Assembly: GCA_964247055.1 (NCBI GenBank)
Contig: OZ176052.1
Coordinates: 11,160,001-11,224,000 of the forward strand
Length of the DNA stretch: 64,000 nucleotides
DNA from: Paragordius varius
Lineage: Eukaryota; Animalia; Nematomorpha
Reading direction: 5' to 3'
The notes below the pieces were generated by a model. That model saw only the letters and a list, made by a program, of their open reading frames with translations, had not been told where the DNA came from and searched no databases. Below, one piece after another: positions 11,901 to 25,770 of this stretch (its first letter is position 1; every line of letters begins with the position of its first letter). A program made the translations under genes and the position numbers.

Positions 11901-14900
11901 AAGGTTTTATGAGATAAAAAGATAAATAAATATCAGTTTGAAAACTATTTGTCGGATCATCTAACAACATGTGTTATAGTATCTGGCATAATGTCATCAT
12001 CATTTATCAATAATTTTCTAGGAATAGTATTATATCAATGTCGTGTTTATTAATAACCTAACATTGAATACTTTTAATTCTTATGTATACATATTTGCAA
12101 TGGAATATATTTTTATTCCTAACATATTGTTTAAATAACAGCATATTACCATTAATTCCTTAAATAATTGGCCATCTATTTAATTTAAAAATGAATAATA
12201 CTCATACCCTTTGAAACGTCAGTGGATGATTTGTCACTTTTGACCAAACTTTCAAAACAATTCAAACTTTTTTCATAACATGATATGGACTAATTAGAAA
12301 ATAAAAATTATTAAATTATAATCATAGGGTATTAGCAAAAAAACTTTTTAAGACAAAAGAGGAAAAACAAAGGTGTTATAGATATTTATTAAAAAGAAAG
12401 TCGTATATATAAATAAATTATTAGCAACTTAATTGGGTAAAAAGAAAGCTAAAGAATATAATGACGCGCAAAAAAATTTTAGGTTTAATTTCTGGTTCCG
12501 ACTCCAGTTTTCAGGTTTTTGCCAAAAAAAATTTGGTTAGATTATAGTCGAATTTAATTTCGTTATAATTATTAAATATAGTATTATTGATATAAATAAT
12601 CAAAAATTATTAAAAGATAGCAGCATAATATTATTCTATTGTAATCTTCTTGATCAAAATAATTATACTCAACGTATCATTATAACAATATTAAAAAAAT
12701 AAGGTTTAAAATGTCCTTGAAATTGAAAAACAAACATTTTATAAACCGCGGTTTTAGTTCGAAAAACGGTTTTAAAACGCTTTAGGAATGTTTTAGAGTA
12801 CATTTTAGTTGTAATAAAATAACTTAATTAAATGTTTTTTTAAATAACCTTAGAAAATCGTATTTTTAGGTACATTTGTCGAAGGTTAGATGCCGACTTC
12901 TCAATACAAATCTGAAAAAATTGGGCTCTACAATGAAGGAAAATAAGTTCAGCTAAATTGAGGAATGTTAATCCGGCATTTAGAGAATCTTCAACATCTT
13001 CATAGGCTTGAGTAATTTTTTCGTATAAATTTTCACAATAAACAGTTAACTCTTCAAATTTATCTACAAATGTGTAAAAAATAATAATTGTAATAAACAT
13101 GTAAATATTGTACCCAAAAAATGACATTAGCTTGAACTTTAAACTTTTTCCCAATAAATGATGGGTTCTTCAATATTCAACATAAAGCAAAATTTAATAC
13201 CAAATTGTGATTGTATGCCATCATGAATAGTTCTATCTTTTTGGTTTTGATGATACATCTCATTGAGTTTAAGGTAACAAGGTACATATTTGGTTTTGTA
13301 AACTAAGGTTATTTCATTACAAGCATTTGCATATTTCCTTAGCAAACGGATGCACAGACCCTTCCTATCCAATTCCTCTTCTGCAATTTTCCAAACCTTG
13401 TGATATAAAGTTTGACAATGCGTCAAAATTTTTAGGCGATCACTAAAAATGAAAAAAAAATGATATAACAACACGTAGGTTTTTATTAAAACTGTAGATA
13501 TATTTCCAAAAAACTTTTACATATATTAAATTTATATCAAATTACAACAAAATTAATATTTTTACGCTTAAATTCAATCAAAATTAAATATAAACAAATT
13601 ACTCTATTTCCATGTTTGCATCCAGTTTTTTATGATTATGACGGTAAAAATCTAAACGTATAACATATCGTATAAATAAACTTTTTTTCATAAGGATAAT
13701 ATTAAAATTATTAATATACCATACCTATATATTGAGACATATTTTCCACAGGACTGCTGTTCTTAAACATCTCATTGGTAACATTGAATACTTTACAGTA
13801 ATATCGTTGAAAATCGCTAGAGAACTTTTTGCATAACCCCGTTTTAGCCAATATTTTATGTAAAATTTTGATTTCAATATTAGTTTTGTGGCATGTACTT
13901 TTACAGCCCATTTCTTTATTTTGCTCGACGTTATCTTTTATATTTGGCTTTCCCCTATTTTCATTAGTTTTCAAATTATGCGTGATAGAGAGGATATAAT
14001 AGTCGGCTAAAGCTTCAAAACTATTGAATACAACGTTAATTGGATCGATCGATAGGGAAAATATATCATTCTTAAGGCTTAAACAATGAGTTGAAATGGC
14101 AACAAATGGTTCTAAATAGTTTAAAATAAAAATAATTTATTCGGAAAATTAAATTTTGGCTAATAAATCAATATAGTAGTAAATATAATGTATACCAATC
14201 AAGCCAATGACTTTATTGAAGATTTGTTCAGCCTCATTAAACAAAAAATGTTTCAAACAAAATTGAATAAGAGCCCCATGTATAAATAAGCTTTTATCAA
14301 GCAATTCGAAAGATGTATTCAGTAAATGTTTATCTAAAGAGATTGTTTCTGACAATAAGTTTGGTGTGATTAGAGTTATCATCTATAAATAATATTTTTC
14401 AAATCAATCATAACAAAAAATCAAGAGAGTTGAAGGAATGTTAAAAAAACTTACATCTTCAACGCAATTCATAACTTCCAACAAATCATACATGGTTAGG
14501 AGAGGGGAATTCTTTTCCGTTTTTGTGTGCTGTTTATTTGATTTTTTACCCAATTTTTTGCTCAGCGTTTGATGTTTATTGACGTGAGGTTTCGTTAAAT
14601 CCTGGTAATTTACTGAAGTCATTAATTGATGCATTCTCATATTCTGATTAATACTATAATAGTTTTGTAAGGAAGTTTCATTTATTTTATTAATTGTGTT
14701 TGTGGGCATTATTAATTCAATACAAGCTGCAAGTTTGAAGGAATCAATTTGTTCAGGTAAAATTGTTTCAATCAGAATTGAACAACTCATAGATAGTAAA
14801 TAACGATATTGCAACATAGTTGAATCATCTTGATCTAAAAAACATATGGCCAATATTATAATTTATGCTTTAAAAAATAATTTTTTAAAATATAACACAT

Positions 14901-17900
14901 TCAAACCTAAATTTATGAATCAAAATCAGTATCTCTATCAATTTTGTCATAAATACAGCAATTCAAATCATATACGTATGAAGATGTGCGTTTTTAATTA
15001 GATTGTTATTTAAATGTTATATTTAATTGTGAATATTACTGGAATATTTAATATGGGTATAATAAGGAACAGTATAATTTCTTTCATTAATGGAGCATTT
15101 TAATCGTAAACCCGATTTTTGGATATATAAAGACGGTATAACATATTTTAACGAGTAATGAAATTTCAATAGCTATAAAAATACCTGAAAAGTTATTGAT
15201 AGGATCACTAAACTTTTGTGCAAACTGCGTTTGATATTGTGCAATGCGTCCTGCCGTATCAGCCGTAATGTGTTGGCCAATCCAATCCTTGCCAAATATG
15301 GTTGGTAATGAAGATTTTACAATATTTCGGCATTGTTGAAGTAACATTTTACATGTTTCGGGTGAAGGCGCCAAAGTAAGAGGTGTATTATTTTTACACT
15401 TATGGTGTGATTGTCTATCCAATATATTGCCATCTTCTTGAAGTTGTTTTCGAATGTTTTCAGCTACTTTGAAAAGTAAAATAGCCACTGGTAAGGCATA
15501 GGGATTCGTTACTGTTTGATAATGCGCCACCTGCTGTTCCAAAGCATTCTGGCGAGCAGCTCGTTTCAGAGCTAGTGTGTTTTGATTAAAGGTAGTAAGT
15601 AAACTGGTTAAATCATATAATTTGACAATATCATCATCGGGTTCTTTGTACAACCAATATGTATGTCCTTGCCTAGTACACTTATTCCGTATGAATGACA
15701 ATAAATTCCTAGCCAAAGTTTTAATCAATTCGGGGTCAAATTTTGTGGTGTTTGATGAGGCTTTAGTGCCATTGACAGATTCTTTTCCATCATTTGCAAA
15801 TTTGGATGTATTGTTCAAAGAACGAGGGGAATCGTCAACGAAATCCAGAAGGGGAATTTCGGATGTTTTAAGCATTTCATAACTAGATATAATATTCATA
15901 TCCAATATATGCCTATATATTTAAAGTGAACTAAACAATACAAGTATATTCATATTTTTTCTTTAAGGTGCTAAAACATCCCAAAATGTTTGTGAAAACA
16001 AGTGTTAACAATATATTTATGATTCATTACCGTTGTATTAAACCATCCAAATGATAACACATAACTAGTTCTGGTACATTACACATCAAATTATCAAGCC
16101 AATAATCCAATCCAGTCAGGACATTTATGCCAGAGTCTTTGGCATCTTTAAGCCGTAAACTAATTGCTGGATACTTACCACACCCAAAGATGGGGAGATC
16201 GGATTTGATTAACATGGTTATATCCTCGAAATTCCATACATAATCCCGCGGTAAATCCCAAAACAATTGGTCAGAAACGCTACCTGGCATATGCATAGGA
16301 GTGGTAGGATCAAAATATTTTGGTGAACCTAACTTTTGACTCAGTTTAATAGCCGTATGAGACGATTCAAACTTGATAGGAGGACAGGGGAAATCGTCTT
16401 TAGCAGAAGTTATTGACCCGGAAGTATTATTTATTGAGAGATTTTGCAAACTTTCAAATGTTTCATTTTCGTTTGTACCTTTTGAGCTTACAATTATGTC
16501 ATTTTTTCCCGTTTGTTCATCCTTCCATGGTAAAGGCAAAGGGTCAAAAGTCCTTAAAAACTTTTTTTCAGGTTGCGTTAGAAATTTGTGACCTAAAGTT
16601 ATTGTGAAAATTATTTATTCTATTACGTTAACCAACAGAGCATTAATTTTCCAAAGATTACTGTACAATTTTTTTTTGCTTTGTAATAATGGTAGTATAA
16701 ATAAAAAATTCTCTGTCCCAATAAAGGGTAGTGCAGTTTAATTATACCCTAAAAATTGTTTTTTAAGATTTTTATATATAGATTCAGAGGTTAGATAAAA
16801 CTTAAAAATATTTGTAATTCCATTATCAGTCTTTGGTAATTTAATACGCAGGAAAATATTGCAAATATAAATGATTATATACCCATAGAGAGATCGTCAA
16901 AATCCTTTGAAAGTATTTCTTTAAATAAACGTCGACTAGAGAAGGGCATATGTGAGAATTGTTGAGTAAAATGCATTGTTTCAATGAACTTGGCTAATGA
17001 ATCCTGATTTTCCCAAAAACAAAAATCCTGCGACAAATCAATACATTCCTTCCAACTCAATGATTTCAAATGGCCGTTTTTGTTTAAATAACTATGATAA
17101 TTACGATTTAATTTTACTTGAGATAAAGATATTTAACTAACAACATTCTATATTCATGATCCATTTCTTTATACTGATTGATTTGGAATATATCAAGCTG
17201 TTATATATATATATATATATATGTAAATTTTGGGACCAATTTGCGTTTAAGGAGATTCAAAGTTTTCTACAGTGTAAATAATAGGCTCTCAATCCAAAAA
17301 ATGAGAGTGAAACGCTATATAAGAAATATCAAAAAACAAAATTCACTACACTAGCAAAATTTTTAGATGTTAAAATATGTTATCAAATTCAAGACTATAT
17401 TAAACAAAGGGATTCCGATCGCTTTAAATATAAAATTATAAGTATATTAAAAATTATGAACCGTTATTTTAAATTAAAAGACTCTATAAGCCCAAATAGA
17501 GTGTAAAGTTTAAAATACATGGGATTAATTAGAAAACATTGTAGTTTTGGAATTTAGAAGCCTGCCCTCAAAACTTTAAGTTCCTCTAAACTTATAATAG
17601 TGCCAAATTTAGTTCGATAAAATTCCAATACTTTTGAAAAAAAACCCAACAGCCTACATTTTCGAAAAAACGTGGAAGTCAAGGTGTTAATATAAAAAAT
17701 AAACCAAAAAACACATTTTCAGTAGTCGGCTTTTTATTACGTTACATTTTTGGAATGAAATTGGTTGAAAATTGCAAATAAATAGAATCTAGAGATAAAA
17801 CAATATGCTTGTGTTACAATTAGCTTAAAGGGTCTTCAAAATCAGACTTAAAATACAAAATATTTTGCCAAGAGTTCTTGAGATTAATTTTTTAGACAAT

Positions 17901-19521
17901 TTTATAAGATAGGTTTCTATTTTTATGATAATATATTAGATATTGAAATACAATAAATTACAATTTCTAATGGGAGAATAATATATACTTTAAATATATA
18001 AATAAGTTTTATAAAGTAATAATTGATTGATATATTATAAACCTGCATATTTCCTTTTATATACGTTAATTTACGAAAAATGCCAATACAAAAAACAAAG
18101 GCATATAAAGACATTTTTTAGTTATAACCATTTAATGTTTTTAAAAAATTTATTCTTCGCATTATATGTCGAAGCTAATTGGATTACAAGCATTATTTAG
18201 ACAAATTTTTGGGGTTGTATGTTTTCTTTAAAAAGTTAACGCATTTAAAAGTAACCCACTGATCATAATTTTTTCAAATTTACTTTTTGTATAAAGATAT
18301 GAGCGCCTTTTTTCAATTTAAAGAAGTAAGTTTACCTATACAAAACCGACAACATAATAAATAAATATTTATATATTTATATTAAAACCTCATTGTGACT
18401 TTCGCTAATAAATTGTATCAAGAAATTTTGAAAGGCAAGCCAAGTAAATACCTTGAGATTATATTTAGAATACTTCTGAATATTTTTCGTCACATTGTAA
18501 TTTTACAAATTTTTTAATGAAATCTAAGTTAGTAGTTTCCGAGCAGAAAAAATCTTCTAATAAAAGGGTGTCATCAATATTATGAATAATAACACTCAAT
18601 TCCTTGTTGGAGTAAGGCATTGTTAACATTTTTTTAATCATCGCCGAATCACCAATTATATCAATATTGCACATGTCCTTTATGGCATTATAAGCCATTT
18701 TCAAGCTAACATATAATAAAAAGTTACCTTAAAAAGTTATCTGCATTGTTTCTAAAATTATATACTAATTCTTCCGAATTCTCTTGAAATGCCAAAGCAT
18801 CAGCAAGAATGTTGCGTTGTGGGGAGATCATTTCAAAATCCGATTTAAATACACCTGATTAACACTCGGATACAACACATTCATTTTAGTACTTCGATAC
18901 AAATTGAGGTATTTAAATACCCAGGCCTGTTGAAAATTAAATTCTTAAAAAATATGAAAGGAATTAAAACTATGGCATTTTGAACTTATATAACATTAAT
19001 GAACCGAAATATATAAAAAATTTATTAAAAATACTTGATATTACTTATTTAGAACTAAAACCGTAAGGTAGGAATTTAGTCAACGTGACATGTGTGCAAT
19101 AATAAAATTGAAAAATAATACAAAATAATTCGCTTTTTCTATTTCTATCAATGTTAGAATAATTTAAATAAAAATTTTATAATAAAATTAAATGAAATAA
19201 ATTTTTTGAAATAAAAATGGCGTCGAAGTAGTCTGACATATTTTTTTCAAAACAAAATTATTTTTAGATATTTTAGCATATTTATATATTTTTTATTAGG
19301 ATAGAAGCATATATTTAAAATGTGACCGTTTCCTTCAGTAGTTTTTTGAAAATCCTAACTCTCCAATTATAATCAAAGTTTTAAATAATCATTTTTTACA
19401 CCAAAATTTATTTTCAAGGATGATAAAAATTTTTTTTAAAAATGCTAATAAAAAGTGTAAATAATTTATTTTGGAAAGTTTTAAATATCACACTACCAGA
19501 AAATCGTTGATATTTATTCAT
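8925..19521 (-). CDS. EDRF1: Erythroid differentiation-related factor 1 homologue, multi-exon (3' end approximate)
   Basis: Motifs: DIIGDSAMIKKMLTMPYS..IHNIDDTLLL; WNFEDITMLIKSDLPIFGCGKYPAISLRL; INVLTGLDYWLDNLMCNVPELVMCYH; CTRQGHTYWLYK..DIVKLYDLTSL; RKYANACNEI; EDVEDSLNAGL. Putative exon 1 is ATG 19521 (MNKYQRFS G|). Assignment of exons below ~11200 rests on weaker similarity. Confidence 0.85.
9901..10165. mobile_element. hAT-type MITE in an EDRF1 intron
   Basis: Ends CAGGGGTGTCCAA / TTGGAAACTTCTG, GCGGCCCGCG subterminal motif, and near-identical 8-bp flanks TCTTAGAT / TCTTAAAT. Confidence 0.75.
18863..19380 (-). mobile_element. TTAA-flanked MITE, copy B, filling putative EDRF1 intron 1
   Basis: Reverse complement of the 2041-2546 family. 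TTAA at 18859-18862 and 19381-19384; one end is degenerate. Confidence 0.75.
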
Positions 19522-19674
19522 TTTATTATTCAGCCGTGTTTTGGATCTATGCCGATTTTGGACAGTAATAATTGAAAAAATGCCACAAATAAATTCTTAT
19601 TAAATATAGGAGAACAATATTTGATAATTAATTTATCTTTACAATATTTATTTTAATGTAAAATCCACAATTAA

Positions 19675-20242
19675 CACTTCGATTTAAATTGGGGTATCGA
19701 TACCCCCTAAAATTAAATTAAATTTAAAAAACTACTGAAGGAAACGGTCCCAATATAAATTGTTTCTATCCTGATAAATATTATATAAATATGCCAAAAT
19801 ATCTTGATAAAATTTGGTTATGAAAAAAAAAGTTCCACCTCAAACTACTTCGACGCCATTTTTATTTTACAAAAATTTTGCAAAATATCGTCTTCATTTA
19901 ATTTTAAGGGTAAAACTAAAGCTTAGTTTTTATATAAATTACATCTAACATTGATAGAAATAGAAAAAGCGGTTTATTTTGTATTTTTAATTTTACAATT
20001 TGACACATGTCACGTTGACTAAATTTTTACCTTTCAGTTTTAGCTCAAAATAAGTAATATCAAGTATTTTTGAATAAAATATTTTATATATTTCGGTTTA
20101 TTAATATTATATAAGTGCAAAATTTTGCCTTGGTTTCGATTGCTTTCATACTTTTTAAACTATTTGATTTTAAACAGGCCTGAGGTATCCAAATAACCCA
20201 ACTTGAATCGAATGACTAAAATGAGTGTATTGTATCCAAGTG
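19675..20242 (+). mobile_element. TTAA-flanked MITE, copy C
   Basis: TTAA at 19671-19674 and 20243-20246. Same ends and body as copy A (AACTACTGAAGGAAACGGTC, CTTCGACGCCATTTTT, ACAGGCCTG). Confidence 0.8.
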
Positions 20243-20518
20243 TTAAACTAGCCCAATCCGAAATTCAACTCATTTTTGTGTATAAGCTATTTAATGAAAT
20301 TTATATTTTATAATGATCTATAGTATCTTTATATTGCGTCACATAAATTTTAATCAGCCTTAAAGATTTATATTGTTTGTTGACTCAAGATATGACAACG
20401 CAAGAAGGTATTTTTATCCATAAAATATAGCGAGGATTTAATAACATATGAAAGATAATATTAGGTGAAATTCATGTGATAAATTTTAGGATTGCAAAAT
20501 AATTTTATTTTTTAATGA

Positions 20519-23500
20519 ATGCCTTCGAATCAATCATCTTTTATTTGGAAACTATTTTCATTCGCAAGATTTACAACATTTTTTTCTTGCTTTTTAATTT
20601 TATTTTTCATTATTATGATAGTAGTATCATTATTCACTTATGCCCTATTTTATCTTATCTACATGCCCCAAAACAAGTTAACATATTACATTCATTGGCA
20701 ATTTGGGTAGGTATTCAACAATAAATTTTCAAATTTATTTAGGGCTAGCGAACTGCTTACTGTCGATTATTTTTATATTGAAATGGGTTTATTTATTTAA
20801 TATATAGCCTCTTTAGCTCAGTGGCAGAGCACTGGTCTTGTAAACCAGGGGTCGGGAGTTCAATCCTCTCAGGAGGCAAAAAATTTTTGTGAACGCTCTT
20901 TTTATTTTTTTGAATCATTTTAGCTTACATTTCAATCTTATATTTATAATATAAAGAGTTGACCCAAACGGTAAAATGTCGTTTCCAACCGCAAACATTG
21001 ATTTGTCCATGCCAAATAATTTTTGGGCTAAAGTAACTCCTTATTAAAATTTTTTTTAGCAATTAACGCCTCACCAAGACTATCGTGTTACACTGGATTT
21101 AAAGTTGCCAGATTCACATGCCAACAGAAATTTAGGTAATTTTTTTTAATGAACATAACAATTTATCTAAAATATATTTGGAATTTTCAGATTAAATTAT
21201 ATATAACACAACTTTGATCATTTATTTGCAATAACATCCTTTTAATAAAAAAACGGATATATATTTCTATTTAAATTATCACAGGAAATTCAAAATGTTT
21301 TTTTTCAAATATTTTATAATTATTACAGGCATGTTTATGTGCAATATTCAGATGCTCAACAAACAGGGTGATATTTTACAGTTTTCGCAACGTCAAGTAT
21401 TTTTTGAAAGCTATATTCTTTTAAAAATTATTTTTTAAACAACTTCAATACCATCATTTTTTAGGCTATTTTGCGTTATCGGTCAAACCTTATCAGATTG
21501 GTTCGTACATTTATTTTAACCCCGTTGTTTTTATCTTCGCTTCTTGAGGAAACTCAAGCCATAACTATAGATCTCCTTCAAAATTTTGTGGATAAAAAGG
21601 TATTTTTTGCTTTAAACATATACCGCTATAAAATAATTTTTTCATATTATATAATAAATATAGCAATTATCTTTGTTATATCGAAAACATTGATAAGCTT
21701 ATTAATTATTAAGATAAATAAATGTTATTAGTATATAAAGTATTAAATTATGATGTGCATAAATGTATAATTTTGCAAGGTTGCATCTTTTACATTGCGC
21801 CTATTACTATAAATAATACACTTTTTTTATAGTATAATCGAGCTACACATGCAATGTTGCAAATAGAAAATCGCGGGATTGAAATTTATTCATCCAGTCT
21901 AAATTTCAAAGCTCAATATCATGGAATAAAGTAAGAATTAATTATATTTTATGACAAAATAATTGAAACCATTAGATATATTAACAGCGGTGTCAAAAAT
22001 AAAATTTATCGGATTTGAATTATTAAAATTTCCATTTTCAAAAAAGTCATATAATATTTTTTTGCAGATTATATGAAAACTTTCTGTTAATTTAAGAAAA
22101 CTTAAAAAACTATTTTAATAAACAATGGAACCGGACCGGACAAAAAATTTTCGGCAAAACTGAAATTGGCAAAAACTGACAACATCAACCAAAAAGTGGT
22201 GTTATTTCTGATTTTTTTGCATATAATTTTTACATTATTAATACTTTATTAAATTTGATAATAAGTTTTATTATTATTTATTAATTTTACACTAATATTT
22301 GATCAATTAAGTATTGTTTTATAAAGGATAAATTCAGTGGCTTAAATGAATATTTTTAAAGATATTAATAGTGCATGATAATCAACATGTGATAAGCGTT
22401 GTTAAAAAGTTTATCATGAAGAGGTATATATTGAAGGCGTTATATGACCCTTTATTGCAATATATATTGAGTTAAATTATTTTAAAAAAGTATATATTGG
22501 TGTTTATATTTGTAAAAAATTTAAAAATATGTTGTCTTTATTTTTTCTTTGTTCTCTAAAAAATTTCAATGGTATTAATCCACTTTTTCTATATAAATAG
22601 GTATTTTGTACATGAATGGCCCATTTTAACTGCCTTCTACTGTGTCCTCATTAATAGCGCTTGTATTACAGGGATAATTGCAATATTTTACCTAAAATAT
22701 ATGCTCTTTACCACCATCCCCAAACAAATTAAGAACGAATCTGCGCCTTTAACTCTAAAAAAAGATAATACAAATGAGTTTAACAATTATTATAGTAAGT
22801 CGTCTAACATGGTCAAAACCAATAGTTTTATTCCTTCCTTAACGTATCATAATGAAAATAATGATATAACAGGCATACAATGTTGTGATTGTTGTACAGG
22901 AGAATGTTACAATTCCCTTAATTATCCTACAAAAGTTCCTTTTTGTACTTGTTGCTGCAAATGTAATACTGCCCTAGTATCTCAGGAAAATCATGATTTT
23001 AATGACAATCAGTATTTATCGATGTTGCCTCAATCAGGTTATTTTAGTCAATTCATATATATATTGTGTTTAAATCAATTTATATAATTCAATATCGTTT
23101 GAGCGGGAATGTAATGTTATTCGTAACAAAAATTAACATATAATTATTTAGGACACTTTTTAATTCAAAAAGCAACACTTTTTTTAAGATTAATACTTTC
23201 AAAGTTTGATCCTAACATGCTTAAATGTTTTTATGGAATAGACGTTAAATTTCAAGCTTTTATATAATTTAAATTTAAAAAATCTTATTCGCTGGATAAA
23301 ATATATAGCCCTGATTTTGAATATAATAGCATATTAAATTCCGAGATATCTATTCATTTCAGTACATTACTGAAAATTATAGATAACGGACATACATAAT
23401 TTTTATTGATTTTAATTTAATCTTTAATTTTATACTACAATTATTATCAATTGATATTCCAATTTTTTAAACTTAGTTTGTTTTACATTACCTTTAAATT

Positions 23501-24422
23501 TTTTCAATAAAGTTTCAACATTAATTCCAAATATAATAAAGAATATTCTCCTTTATTAGTTTTAAATAGGTTGTAGAGAACACAATAAAATTAATATAGT
23601 ATGGAAATAATTTAAAAATAGAAAATTTATATAATCCATATTATAACGTAATAAACATCTTTTAAACTTTATTAAAATATTAATGTATTTATAATTGATT
23701 TTTACCTTTTATTCTCATTATAAAATATGTTTTATTTCACATGGGTATTAGATAAACCAATTATAACTCAGAATAAAAACGGCACCGCGAGATTATCTGT
23801 TACCTGGGCACATCCAATAATTACAAAACAATCATCTAAAACCCCTATTATAAAATCAGAAAATACTGAGGAGGCATACTTAAAGAAATTAGATGAATTT
23901 GATCGCATTCTAGCCAAATTTCATCCCAATAAAGCACATGTGATAAGCACAAGACAAACCCCTCCTTTGACAAAATTAAAACCAATTATTCACACTCATC
24001 AACATTATCATAATGGCGTTCAGCACAAACATGCGGTTCATCCTCTTTTAGTGGAGGATAAACCCAAAGTAGGGTTGATTGGATACAAAACTCTGGATGA
24101 ATACCTGAGAAAAATGTATGAAGAGGTTAGAAATCATCAAATTAAACAACGAAAAATGCCCTCCGCTGTTTTTGGTCAAACCAATTCCCTGGATAGATTG
24201 GCTACTAAGCTAAAATATTTGGATAATATGAATCAACAACTTGAACTCGTACGTAATAAAAGGGAACGAAACGTTGAGACGCAATCCTTGATAAAAAGTT
24301 CGACAATGGATATGACTCCATCAAAATCAAATTCGTGTTCCAATTTGTTCGATTTTAATTTGTACGATGAAACGACTGACACATTCGATGATGTTAAATT
24401 GAAATTTGATTTTAGTATATAA
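20519..24422 (+). CDS. BSCL2: Seipin, about 8 exons; attachment of the last exon (23750-24422) is inferred
   Basis: SLFTYALFYLIYMP..IHWQFG|VDPNGKMSFPTANIDL; YRVTLDLKLPDSHANRNLG|MF; ILRYRSNLIRLVRTF..EETQAITIDL; IEIYSSSLNFKAQYHGIK|YFVHEWPILTAF. These match the seipin domain in order, with in-frame GT-AG junctions. Confidence 0.88.
20807..20878 (+). tRNA. tRNA-Thr: tRNA-Thr (anticodon TGT), intronless
   Basis: Cloverleaf: acceptor GCCTCTT/AGGAGGC, D arm GCTC/GAGC, anticodon arm CTGGT-CT TGT AA-ACCAG, T arm GGGAG-TTCAATC-CTCTC. A T-run follows shortly downstream. Confidence 0.95.
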
Positions 24423-25173
24423 AGACACGCTTTTTTTGCCTTCAGTATTACGCAGTGTAAAGGTAAAATGTTTTAAACAATTACCCAGTATTTGTTTTTA
24501 TATGTTATATTTGCTAAATATGTTATGATAGCTTTTAGTCACAATCAGTGTACAAATGAAAAGTATTTTATTTAATAAAAACAAATTTTAAGTATTTGAT
24601 CTTAATTGATTATTATTTAATTATAACCACAAAGGAGTAAAAACAATTGTAATAAATACGTAAAAAGCAACCATTTATTGTTATGCAATATTGTTCTTAA
24701 ATTTGGTCTTTTTAACAAGTTAAATGCGGAACGATTGTATGAAGAGCGAATATTGTTTCCACATTAAGACGACGTTTGTTATGCACATTTGTCGTTTATA
24801 GTGTTATCACCATTGATATAAACTTTGTTGTCCTGATTTCTAGCTACTCCTAAACCTGGACGCCTGAGACTATATCAAATATCGCTTTTGTTGAATACGT
24901 TTAATCCATTTTCTCATGTGTCTTTACTAGTTATTATTGAATAGCCTCCAACCTTTAAATGTGTGCTGTAAATACTTTGTAGCACATCTATCGTTTCATT
25001 TTGAGAATTGGCAAAACCTAAAAACAAAGGAAAATACTTAAAATAGTATAACACTGTGATATAATTTTCCCGTAACTTAACTAATACGTTTTTTAATGAA
25101 TACAAAAATTCAATCGAACACGGTAGTTTTAATCTAAAAAGCTTAAGTTTTCTTATCAAAAGTGAGTTATATC

Positions 25174-25770
25174 TAGGGTTGTCACGACCAGGTCAATGAC
25201 TATTTTTTTTTGACCATGGTCATTAAAAAAACAGATTGCTGATTTTTTGGAAAAGAGGTAGTGAGATTAATTGTTTTTTGATATATTTTTTAAAAAATAT
25301 AAATTAATGCTTATTTAACAATATAAAATTGTTAACACGCATCCTTATAACATTATCATTTAAGCATATCCAGTCATTTCGAAAAACAAAACAATCAAGC
25401 ACTTTGCAAAATATTCAATTATTCCATATATGTGAACCAATAAAATGCAAAAACATTTTATAATTGAATATTTCAATGATGAAAGAACGTGTAGAACAAA
25501 CTAAATAAAATTTTATTTGTAATATACAGTATAAAGCTATGTATTTGAAGATAGGCCACAAACATGTGGCAAAATATATTTGAAAACAAAATTCTTGAAA
25601 ATTTGATTGAAAAATTTGTAATAAATATTAAAAAATGTATAATACAAACTTTTAACAAAAAACATGACATTATTGGTGAAACGCAAGTGTCGTTCGAACA
25701 TTATTTTCAATCCAATAGCATGGTCAATTTTCTATCCTTATTGTTGGAATTGAGCAGGAAATAAAGTTTC
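25174..25770 (+). mobile_element. Decayed hAT-type MITE, inverted relative to the 29803-30507 copy
   Basis: Starts TAGGGTTGTC with GACC(A/T)GGTCA subterminal repeats. The body matches the reverse complement of 29890-30440. The right end is not recognisable. Confidence 0.7.

Noticed and set aside
5492-16607. Plus-strand ORFs at 5492, 5619, 7681, 9387, 15622, 16373 and 16413
   Set aside because: Antisense shadows of TMEM179 and EDRF1 exons, with no independent support.
17200-17225. (TA)n microsatellite
   Set aside because: Short and ordinary for this base composition.
24780-25017. Selenoprotein-like reading through two in-frame TGA codons
   Set aside because: No recognisable selenoprotein motif or SECIS, and the frame has no support from homology.
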